From positions 10,983-74,982 of IMG/VR virus record IMGVR_UViG_3300017917_001616: DNA of 64,000 nucleotides; one strand, written 5' to 3'. Made by a program: the position numbers and the translations under genes. Shown here piece by piece: positions 55,887-64,000 of the stretch (position 1 is its first letter; every line of letters starts with the position of its first letter). The stretch is from a virus. The notes under the pieces are model-generated. The model had not been told where the DNA came from. It made no database searches and was given only the letters and a program-made list of their open reading frames with translations.

Positions 55887-57422
55887 ATGTTATTTGGATC
55901 ATTAGTTTTAGTCACTGCTCTTACTATTAGCGGTGTTGCTATATATTATAGCGTATCTGGCTTAGTGGCCATATTTGCGGCTGCAGCTATACCTATTATA
56001 ATCATGGGCAGCGCACTTGAGATTGGTAAGCTAGTAGCCGCTGTATGGTTGCACAAATATTGGAACAGGGCGGCTTGGTGGTTACGAGCATATCTGAGTG
56101 TTGCAACACTTGTATTAATGTTCATCACAAGCATGGGTATTTTCGGTTTCTTATCTAAAGCACATATCGATCAAACTGCAAGCGCAAGTGAAAGCGTTGC
56201 TCGAATCGAACGTATTGATTTAGAAATTGCTAAACAACAACGAATCATTGACAAGTCAGAATCTGAAATTGCAGAGTTGGAAACTGCAGGCAAAAATAAC
56301 GACACTGAATTACAAACGCAAATTGACAAAGAGCAAGAACGTATCGATTCTGCATATGAGCGCATTCAGCCTGCTATCGACGAACAAAACGAAATCATAC
56401 GTAAAGAAGAACAACGACTAACAGGTGGTCTATCAATTTACGAAGATCAGCTAGCTACAGTTAACGATAATTTACAAAAAATTGAACAATATATTACAAG
56501 CAATAGTATTAAAGAATTGCAAGCATTAGTCGGTGTAGAAGCTGACGGATCAATTGGGCCTGCAACAACAAGTGCAATCGAAGCGTATCGAGTAGCACAA
56601 ACTAACGAAAAACAACGTTTAGCAGAATTGATTGCATCCGAACGTAGTAAGTTAACATCACCTGTAATTGATGCTGCTCGAGCAGAAATACAAAGACTGC
56701 GAACAACTGCAGAGTCACAAATTGCACAATCCAATGAACTTATCAATCGTTTAAGAGAACAACTAGGAACTGAAGATAAAACAACAACAGAAGCAAATAT
56801 CTTAACCGAAGAAGGAAAAATACAACTAGCTGAAGCAGAAGTTGCAAAATTAGCGGAAGAAAAATATAAACTCGAAGCAGAATACCGAAAGTTAGAAGCT
56901 GAAGTCGGACCAGTCAAGTATCTGGCAGAGTTTGTATATGGGGAAACTGCAAATAAATCACTACTAGAAGAAGCAGTTCGCTGGGTTATTATCACTATTA
57001 TATTTGTGTTTGACCCACTTGCTGTTATACTGTTAGTTGCAAGTCAATACACATTTAAGTGGGCTAGGGAAGATAAAAAGGTTGTTGCAGCGAAAGTCGA
57101 AGATCAGATAACAGACGCTGTTACAACTAAACCAAAAAAAGTTACTAAACCAAAAAAAGAAAAAGTCGTAGTTGTTAAAAACAATTTGCCTAAAACTATA
57201 ATTGTAGATACTCAATTAGAAGAAATGTTAGAAAAGGCAGATCCCGAAACTATCGAAGAAGTATTCAACGAATTGAAAAAAGAAACGGTTGACAATGAAC
57301 GTATCGAGCCTTATATTGAGATAAATGATACTGTTACAGATAAAGTATATGGCATCGACGGTAAACTTGTGCAACCAACAAAACAAATTAAATCTATTAA
57401 AATAAAGAGCAAGGACGAATAA
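55887..57422 (+). CDS. Membrane-anchored coiled-coil protein with PG-binding-like insert
   Basis: N-terminal TMs, LQ..VGV.ADG.IGP.T..AI, FVFDPLAV TM. Confidence 0.7.
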   Translation: MLFGSLVLVTALTISGVAIYYSVSGLVAIFAAAAIPIIIMGSALEIGKLVAAVWLHKYWNRAAWWLRAYLSVATLVLMFITSMGIFGFLSKAHIDQTASASESVARIERIDLEIAKQQRIIDKSESEIAELETAGKNNDTELQTQIDKEQERIDSAYERIQPAIDEQNEIIRKEEQRLTGGLSIYEDQLATVNDNLQKIEQYITSNSIKELQALVGVEADGSIGPATTSAIEAYRVAQTNEKQRLAELIASERSKLTSPVIDAARAEIQRLRTTAESQIAQSNELINRLREQLGTEDKTTTEANILTEEGKIQLAEAEVAKLAEEKYKLEAEYRKLEAEVGPVKYLAEFVYGETANKSLLEEAVRWVIITIIFVFDPLAVILLVASQYTFKWAREDKKVVAAKVEDQITDAVTTKPKKVTKPKKEKVVVVKNNLPKTIIVDTQLEEMLEKADPETIEEVFNELKKETVDNERIEPYIEINDTVTDKVYGIDGKLVQPTKQIKSIKIKSKDE

Positions 57423-57427
57423 ACCCC

Positions 57428-57847
57428 ATGAGGGAAAATTCAATTTATACTATCACACCGCCCGATATGCATTTAACAGATACCGGGCCTACTATTACCG
57501 TTGTTAGCACAAATGAAAAGTTTATTAGTAAAGTAGAGACACTGCACGAACGACTGTTTAAAACGGTGCCTGTAAGCATTTATCACTGTGACGGACAAGT
57601 AAACGAATCTAATATGGCATGGCTAATTAGTGTTATGCGTTTTAGTGACAATGTGTTTGTTGATTTGGATACAGCAAATGACTTAGGTATATTGTGTGCA
57701 ATCTTTAGCGACACTAACACTGTGTTTATTAATAACGAAAAGAAACGTAATGATATCGCAAAGCTGTTTAATGCAGTAAATAACGGTTTCAACGTATATG
57801 AAGACCTCCAAGACTATTTTGATTTAGTTTTGGATAATCTAGAATGA
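57428..57847 (+). CDS. Hypothetical protein
   Basis: ITPPD family. Confidence 0.65.
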   Translation: MRENSIYTITPPDMHLTDTGPTITVVSTNEKFISKVETLHERLFKTVPVSIYHCDGQVNESNMAWLISVMRFSDNVFVDLDTANDLGILCAIFSDTNTVFINNEKKRNDIAKLFNAVNNGFNVYEDLQDYFDLVLDNLE

Positions 57848-57881
57848 GGAGTTCAATGTTTAGTAATATTAAGGATCAAAA

Positions 57882-58415
57882 TTGAGCAAAGATTTTAAAC
57901 GAGTCGATAGACCACAAATTAACGAATATATTCGTTACCATGAGCTTAGAGTCAACGATGACAATGGCCCAATTGGTGTTATGAGTAAGCGTGATGCACT
58001 GCGTCTTGCGGATGAACGAGGTCTTGATTTAGTTCTTATTACTGAAACTGCGAATCCCCCCGTTGCAAAAATTATAGCAGCAGATAAATATTTCTACGAA
58101 CAAAAGCGTAAGGAAAAAGAAGCAGCTAAGAAGCAGCGAGAAAACCGAATTGAATTAAAGGAAGTCCAATTCAGGCCGGGCATCGATCCTAACGATTTTG
58201 CAACAAAGCTAAAGCATATAGAGCGTTTCCTAGCAGACGGTGCAAAAGTAAAATGCATGGTTCAGTTCAGGGGTCGTGAAAATGCTAATAGGCAACTAGG
58301 GTTTGATGTAATGAATCGTATTTCTGAACAACTAGAAAATTACGAATGGGAACAACAACCTAGCCTGAACGGCACAAAAATTATCGGGATTCTAAAAAGA
58401 GGAAAACATGTCTAA
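57882..58415 (+). CDS. infC: Translation initiation factor IF-3
   Basis: INE.IR, GLDLV..ANPPVAKI, KEVQFRP, FRGRE; non-ATG (TTG) start. Confidence 0.92.
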   Translation: MSKDFKRVDRPQINEYIRYHELRVNDDNGPIGVMSKRDALRLADERGLDLVLITETANPPVAKIIAADKYFYEQKRKEKEAAKKQRENRIELKEVQFRPGIDPNDFATKLKHIERFLADGAKVKCMVQFRGRENANRQLGFDVMNRISEQLENYEWEQQPSLNGTKIIGILKRGKHV

Positions 58416-58644
58416 ACATTATAAATTGCAAGATCCAATCGTGAAAGGCACTCATGTAGAAGTGCGTAATAACGATGTATCTAGAGCAATGCGTAAGCTG
58501 AAAAAAATCTTAAACAACGAAGGAGTTTTGCAAGAACTCCGTGATCGTGAGGCATTTGAAAAGCCAAGCATCACTAAGAAAAAGCAGCGGGCCGCAGCAC
58601 GTAAACGTTGGCTAAGAAAATTAGATAAAGAAAAACTATCTTAA
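58408..58644 (+). CDS. rpsU: Ribosomal protein bS21
   Basis: VEVR..V..A.RKLKK, R..FEKPS..K...AAARKR. Confidence 0.9.
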   Translation: MSKHYKLQDPIVKGTHVEVRNNDVSRAMRKLKKILNNEGVLQELRDREAFEKPSITKKKQRAAARKRWLRKLDKEKLS

Positions 58645-58938
58645 TCTTTTGTTCTTGACAATTGCACACACACATACTATATTAGTTCTATAAATATACT
58701 AGATAGCCAGATGCGGAAAAGAATTCATCTGGCGAAAGTGACAAGATATTATTAATTATTAAACTACTAGAAACTTATATTATTCATTGACCGCTGATAA
58801 GATTAAAGCGAGTGGCTTGAAAAGACGTTAGTTATTATATTTAAATAAGAATAGGGTAGCGCCTTAATACGCTCGTGGGAGGCCATGGTTAGCCTCCCGT
58901 TATAAATAAAAATGGATGCCAATGATGGGTCCGAAAAA

Positions 58939-58968
58939 ATCTTGCTATTATAGGAGATACAGCAAATG
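58939..58968 (+). promoter_or_regulatory. ROSE-like RNA thermometer
   Basis: tcttgct opposite aggaga SD upstream of Hsp20. Confidence 0.55.
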
Positions 58969-59400
58969 ACTAGATTAACAACCCTTGACTTGAACAAACT
59001 AACACCACATGCAGTAGGTTTTGACCGTTTGTTTGATGATATGTTCCGCTACGTAGAACATAATAACGCAGGTTACCCTCCATACAATATCGTTAAGAAC
59101 GACAACAAGTTTCAAATTGAACTTGCACTTGCTGGCGTTAAGCTAGACGATCTTGACATTGAGGTAGCAGACAACATTCTTACTATTTCACACAATCCTG
59201 CAGAAATCGACCAGCCGGAAAACTGGCAGTGGATTCATAAGGGCATTGCACAGCGCAAGTTTAAGCGTCACTTTACCCTTGCTGATGATGTTGTAGTTAA
59301 CGGGGCAAGTATGGAAAACGGTATGCTTTATATTGAACTAGAGCGTATTATTCCAGAAGAAAAGAAACCACGTAAAATTACTATTGCTCAAAACAAGTAA
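58966..59400 (+). CDS. Small heat shock protein (Hsp20/IbpA)
   Basis: GFDRLF, YPPYNI, A.MENGML.I.L. Confidence 0.95.
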   Translation: MTRLTTLDLNKLTPHAVGFDRLFDDMFRYVEHNNAGYPPYNIVKNDNKFQIELALAGVKLDDLDIEVADNILTISHNPAEIDQPENWQWIHKGIAQRKFKRHFTLADDVVVNGASMENGMLYIELERIIPEEKKPRKITIAQNK

Positions 59401-59454
59401 TAGTGCTATTATAGTGGGGGAGCAATCCCCCACTTTTTTTTATGGAAAAAATAA

Positions 59455-59757
59455 ATGAGCCAGACCAGTGTAACAATTAAAGAAACCATTAATATTAAAT
59501 TTGATAAACCTAAAAAGTTTAAGGTTGTTTTACACAATGATGATAAAACACCAATGGCGTTTGTTATTGAATTGCTTATAGGTTTGTTCAATCACGATCC
59601 TGCTAAGGCAGAAGATATTACAATGGAAGTTCACACCAAAGGCAAAGGCGTTGCTGGCATTTATTACTATGAAATTGCAGAACAAAAAGCTCACGAAGCT
59701 AACACTATTAGCCGTCACAGCGGGTTTCCTTTGACATTTAGTGTCGAAGAAGAATAA
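59455..59757 (+). CDS. clpS: ATP-dependent Clp protease adaptor ClpS
   Basis: VVLHNDDKTPMAFV, VH.KGKG, IAEQK, FPL. Confidence 0.92.
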   Translation: MSQTSVTIKETINIKFDKPKKFKVVLHNDDKTPMAFVIELLIGLFNHDPAKAEDITMEVHTKGKGVAGIYYYEIAEQKAHEANTISRHSGFPLTFSVEEE

Positions 59758-59766
59758 GAGGATTAA

Positions 59767-60924
59767 ATGCATTTAGAAAACGATATTAAGTTGGACTATA
59801 GCGATGTGCTAATTCGTCCAAAGCGTAGCACGTTGTCTTCACGAAAAGATGTCGAACTATTGCGTAAATTTAAATTTAAAAATTATCAGCCAGATTTTCC
59901 AGACAACATCGAAGACGAACATTATCTTGGTGTTCCAATTATGGCTGCTAACATGGATGGTGTTGGCACATTTAAGATGGCAGACGAGTTGTCCAACAAA
60001 GGAATTTTTACATGTTTAGTTAAGACATACTCTGTAGCTGAATTAACAGATTTTTTTAATTCCGGGACGTGGCTTCGAACTGCTAATGTTGCAATGAGTA
60101 TTGGGACAAGCTCGGCCGATTACGATAAGTTTGTTCAAGTATATGCACGAGTTGGTAATAATCTTAAATATTTGTGCATCGATGTTGCTAACGGTTACAG
60201 CCAGCACTTTGTTGAGCATGTAAAGAACATTCGTAAAATTTATCCACATATTGTAATTATTGCAGGTAACGTAGTCACTGCAGATCAGACACAGGAGTTG
60301 ATTCTCAATGGAGCAGATATTGTTAAGGTGGGAATTGGTCCCGGTAGTGTATGCACTACTAGGATTCAGACTGGCGTTGGGTATCCCCAACTTTCGGCAG
60401 TTATCGAATGTGCAGATGCGGCTCATGGTCTTGGCGGACATATTATTGCTGATGGTGGCTGCACTTGCCCTGGTGATGTGGCTAAGGCTTTTGCTGCCGG
60501 TGCCGACTTTGTGATGCTTGGGGGTATGCTTGCTGGCCACGACGAGGGTGGCGGAGAAGTTATTACAAAACATTACAAGACAGGGGAAGTTATTCTCCAT
60601 CTAACTGATCACAGCGATAGCTATGAAAAAGAAGAATTATACGATACTAAGAAATTCGTGCAGTTTTACGGCATGAGCAGTGATGCAGCTAATACTAAAC
60701 ACTTCGGCGGTCTTAAAGATTACCGTGCAAGCGAAGGCAGAGAAGTTCTTGTTCCATATCGTGGACCTGTCGAAAATACTATACAAAATATTTTAGGCGG
60801 CATTCGTTCTACTTGCACATATGTTGGTGCATCCACTCTCAAACAGCTCAGCAAATGCACAACATTTATTCGAGTCAACAATCAATACAACAGAACTTAT
60901 GAATCATCTACAACCAAAATGTAA
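59767..60924 (+). CDS. guaC: GMP reductase
   Basis: [35 protein letters not shown]. Confidence 0.95.
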   Translation: MHLENDIKLDYSDVLIRPKRSTLSSRKDVELLRKFKFKNYQPDFPDNIEDEHYLGVPIMAANMDGVGTFKMADELSNKGIFTCLVKTYSVAELTDFFNSGTWLRTANVAMSIGTSSADYDKFVQVYARVGNNLKYLCIDVANGYSQHFVEHVKNIRKIYPHIVIIAGNVVTADQTQELILNGADIVKVGIGPGSVCTTRIQTGVGYPQLSAVIECADAAHGLGGHIIADGGCTCPGDVAKAFAAGADFVMLGGMLAGHDEGGGEVITKHYKTGEVILHLTDHSDSYEKEELYDTKKFVQFYGMSSDAANTKHFGGLKDYRASEGREVLVPYRGPVENTIQNILGGIRSTCTYVGASTLKQLSKCTTFIRVNNQYNRTYESSTTKM

Positions 60925-60935
60925 TAAATAGTTGC

Positions 60936-61742
60936 ATGAGAGTAGTAGAATTTATAAACAACATTGAAGAAACTGTAGGTGCAGGCGGCGTAGAATACGA
61001 AAACCGTGTTTACGCTGCACTGCAATCTGCACAAGTTCCTGGTCTAGATCCGGGCACATCCGGCGGCGCTGGCTATAGTAACGTAGGTGCTGGCGACATT
61101 GAAGCAACATTTAATGGCAACGCATTTAACATTGAAGTTAAAGCAAACAAAAATGCTCAACTTGGTGGAACAAGCGTTCGTGTTGATCCTGAAAACAATG
61201 TATATGAAATTGTAACGCCCGATGCAATCGACGCAGATGCAATACCGTTTTATATACAAGCGGCAAAAAATAAAGCAGATGATGCGATTGCGTATGTTAA
61301 CTTTGTTAGAACGCTAGAACCTGCTGAACTACATGCAAATATACCTCATACTATTCCATTCGGATCAGTAACAAAAGATGCTTGGAATCAGGCCCAGAGC
61401 AAAGGTTTCTTAACTAGACTTAATGCAATCGAATCATTCGATAATGCAAAAATTATTGCAGCTACATATAATCGCAAAGGCGTTTATTATATTCAAATCG
61501 GCGGTGCTGGTTTATTTTATTTAGGTTCAAATCCGCTTAATTTACCTATTCCAGAATTCAACGGTGCAGTTAACATTGAATTTAGACTAGGACGTAGTGG
61601 TAGTAGAGACCGCAAACTAGGTGACCAAGTTGTTAGTGTTGTAGCAGCAGGATACCGTTGCCAAGGACGACTAAAAACTAATATTAAATCTCCGTATACA
61701 TTAGATGATCCCGCAAGTATACGTAAGCTATTCGGTATGTGA
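60936..61742 (+). CDS. Hypothetical protein, possible PD-(D/E)XK fold
   Basis: GD...IEVK motif; late promoter. Confidence 0.55.
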   Translation: MRVVEFINNIEETVGAGGVEYENRVYAALQSAQVPGLDPGTSGGAGYSNVGAGDIEATFNGNAFNIEVKANKNAQLGGTSVRVDPENNVYEIVTPDAIDADAIPFYIQAAKNKADDAIAYVNFVRTLEPAELHANIPHTIPFGSVTKDAWNQAQSKGFLTRLNAIESFDNAKIIAATYNRKGVYYIQIGGAGLFYLGSNPLNLPIPEFNGAVNIEFRLGRSGSRDRKLGDQVVSVVAAGYRCQGRLKTNIKSPYTLDDPASIRKLFGM

Positions 61743-61881
61743 TATGCACTAGACGCATACCGTCTTTGCACAAATACAGGTAGAAAAACGACCATTTTAG
61801 TAGTAAATATGTGTGTGCAGGTGCAGCAATGCATCTGCAACATCTTAACACATATAGACATACAACGAAAGAGAGAATATT

Positions 61882-62046
61882 ATGTTAACACTAAAATTGT
61901 TCGATGGCTTAGTTTCTAGAAAAAAAGTTAAAGCTAATCACGATTTACAAACTTGGGCAAGAATTGAATACAAGCACGACTCTGATTACGCATACAATTA
62001 CATGCTAGAATTTGGAGTTGCTCCAACAGTAGGAGGACTAAAATGA
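61882..62046 (+). CDS. Small hypothetical protein
   Basis: 54 aa, TWARIEY..D..YAY. Confidence 0.55.
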   Translation: MLTLKLFDGLVSRKKVKANHDLQTWARIEYKHDSDYAYNYMLEFGVAPTVGGLK

Positions 62047-62201
62047 TTAATCAAATCAAAGTTTGGTATGCTCGTCGTAAAGTTTACAATCAAACTTATA
62101 GAGAATTAAATTCTTTAACACAGCACGAATTACATGATCTTGGCATTACCGCAGAAATGATTCCTGCAGTTGCATTCGAAGCAACATACGGGAGAAGATA
62201 A
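62043..62201 (+). CDS. DUF1127 family small protein
   Basis: W..RR....T.REL..L...ELHDLGI; aggagg RBS. Confidence 0.75.
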   Translation: MINQIKVWYARRKVYNQTYRELNSLTQHELHDLGITAEMIPAVAFEATYGRR

Positions 62202-62377
62202 TGCTTAAGAATTTTTTTAAAAATTTACTAACTGCTACTACCGAGAAAGATATGATCGATGCATATCTAGCAGATGCGGTTGATTTGGTCGACTTAGAAA
62301 ACAGACTAAGAAACATCGACCGTGGCCTTGCACCTTGGCAAATTAGAGCCAATCAAAATTTAAAAGGATGGGTATGA
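62201..62377 (+). CDS. DUF3563-like small protein
   Basis: AYLADAVDLVDLENR.R.IDRG. Confidence 0.6.
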   Translation: MLKNFFKNLLTATTEKDMIDAYLADAVDLVDLENRLRNIDRGLAPWQIRANQNLKGWV

Positions 62378-62608
62378 TGATAGATCCAGATCACACAGTA
62401 TTCAGAACTTATGCTGAAAAGAAAAAAGGTGGAAAATGATGGCACATATTCCATATTATGGCGAAGACGAAGCACAGAAAAAAGTCAATAAACCAGTTGA
62501 CAAAAATAAATAAACTTACTATTGTTTATAGATAGCAATAGCTTACACACATAGGATTGAGTAATGATAAACATATGCAATCCATACACACACAAAAGGA
62601 AAAACATT

Positions 62609-62905
62609 ATGAATGATATGTCAAAACAATTTGAACAATTTGCAGAAATTATGAAGGCTGCAATGCCACAAGTTAAGCCAAACAAGAATGGCTACGAGAT
62701 TCGCACTAAAGTATTAGAGTTTGCACAAAACCAAGTATGGCAAGATTTTCATGCAAAGTGGGGTGCATTTGAGACTAGCATTTCTAGAGATGGTAAGGAC
62801 CTTGTTACTAAAGTAGACATGCCTGAAATTCCAGGTGCAGACAAAGTTTTAGAAGCTGCTGAAAAGTTTTATAGTTTCGTAAGCGGCACATCCGATAAAA
62901 AATAA
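62609..62905 (+). CDS. Conserved phage hypothetical protein
   Basis: KNGYEIR..VL..A...P....VL..A.KFY.FV. Confidence 0.7.
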   Translation: MNDMSKQFEQFAEIMKAAMPQVKPNKNGYEIRTKVLEFAQNQVWQDFHAKWGAFETSISRDGKDLVTKVDMPEIPGADKVLEAAEKFYSFVSGTSDKK

Positions 62906-62929
62906 TAATAAACGCAACTAATGACTTAA

Positions 62930-62955
62930 AGTAGCCCTTTTGGGCTACTTTTTTA
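62930..62955 (+). terminator. Intrinsic terminator
   Basis: agtagccc-tttt-gggctact plus T-run. Confidence 0.75.
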
Positions 62956-62992
62956 TTTGCCTATAAATATTATTATATGAATAGGAGTTTAT

Positions 62993-63538
62993 ATGGGATA
63001 CAAAAATAATTTCCTAGTGAGTTTGCCATCCATTGCAGGCGGTAGCTTTAATAAAAGTGTCGTCTATGTAGCAGACCACAATGGTGACGGTGCCAAAGGA
63101 TGGATCGTTAACAAACAGTTAGAAGATAGTGTTGCCGAAAAACTAAGAAAAGGCATGAACTTACAATTTAAGGCGCCAATATACTATGGCGGTCCTGTTG
63201 AAATTAGTAGTGCTTATGTGATACATAGTAAAGATTTCCAACTACCCGGGACTATAGAGCTTAATCATAAACTCAGTATGACACGGGACAAAGCAATAAT
63301 TAATATAATGAATATAGGGCAATACCCAGAATACTGGAGAATTATTGTCGGTAGTAGCGCATGGGGTCCAGGTCAATTAGAATCTGAGATTTACGGCAGT
63401 GTTACAAACGGTGTAGGATGTTGGACTGTGCTTCCATACAATAACAAACTCATGTGGGGAACATACCCAGAGGAACAGTGGGATAGCGGCATTCGTCTAA
63501 GTGCAGAGAATTTAACGTCTACAGTATTAAATTTTTAA
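62993..63538 (+). CDS. YqgE/AlgH family protein
   Basis: F.KSVVY, GGPV, G...W..GQLE.EI. Confidence 0.85.
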   Translation: MGYKNNFLVSLPSIAGGSFNKSVVYVADHNGDGAKGWIVNKQLEDSVAEKLRKGMNLQFKAPIYYGGPVEISSAYVIHSKDFQLPGTIELNHKLSMTRDKAIINIMNIGQYPEYWRIIVGSSAWGPGQLESEIYGSVTNGVGCWTVLPYNNKLMWGTYPEEQWDSGIRLSAENLTSTVLNF

Positions 63539-63539
63539 C

Positions 63540-63974
63540 TTACTTTAACGTAGACTTTAGCATCCATGCATATTTGCGATACACGTCTTGACGATCAGCT
63601 AAGAAGTTTGCAAAGCCAAATTCATTTGCGCCTTCTGCTAATTTGTAAACCATACCGCAAAGTTCTGCCATTTTGACCGAGTCTTGTGCAAGTATTGCAA
63701 TCATTGTCATTGCATCCACTGGCTCATTGACTTCTGATACAACAGACAACGAAGCAAACGCACTGAATGAACCCGGTGCGTATGCATCAAGTTTGCGAAT
63801 ATTTTCCGCAAATAAATCAACACTAGCATGGACTTCTTCGTAAATTGTTAAAAATAATGCATGGAAATCATTGAAGTTTTGACCTTCAACATTCCAATGG
63901 AAATTGTGTGCTTTTAGATAAAATGCAAATTCACTTGCAAATGCAATTCTTGCTGCTTTGACTAAGTCTGCCAT
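63540..63974 (-). CDS. dps: Dps / ferritin-like DNA protection protein
   Basis: HNFHWNVEG..F...H, D..AE.IR, WML. Confidence 0.92.
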   Translation of the reverse strand: MADLVKAARIAFASEFAFYLKAHNFHWNVEGQNFNDFHALFLTIYEEVHASVDLFAENIRKLDAYAPGSFSAFASLSVVSEVNEPVDAMTMIAILAQDSVKMAELCGMVYKLAEGANEFGFANFLADRQDVYRKYAWMLKSTLK

Positions 63975-64000
63975 GTTAAACTCCGTTTTAGTTATTTATT

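Noticed and set aside
1-64000. Genome-wide TAG recoding
   Set aside because: Long genes are open in code 11 and several end in TAG (e.g. 12903, 22949, 41127).

Overview
64 kb of a jumbo (Rak2/GAP32/T4-superfamily-like) myophage genome, almost entirely + strand. The host is probably an alphaproteobacterium, based on DUF1127/DUF3563-like small proteins, an A73 tRNA-His without G-1, a GCTCTTTGACA boxA and a ROSE-like leader. 1-3.7 kb and 22.4-29 kb hold small early genes behind sigma70-type promoters with a shared spacer palindrome. 3.7-23.2 kb is a very large stable-RNA island: about 42 tRNA genes covering all 20 amino acids (several structurally odd), TilS, a GOLLD-like ~860-nt RNA with an embedded tRNA-like domain, a second ~500-nt unknown RNA, two families of closed-stem small RNAs, two leader-peptide/terminator attenuator-like elements and rrn-type boxA sites. 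29-37.5 kb is replication (UvsW, clamp-loader subunit, mini-DnaE, primase, helicase). 37.7-46.5 kb holds late/virion genes, followed by nrdAB-glutaredoxin-PAAR. 57.8-64 kb holds host-derived translation and stress genes (IF3, bS21, Hsp20, ClpS, GuaC, YqgE, Dps). All calls come from reading the sequence by eye; no searches or folding were run.
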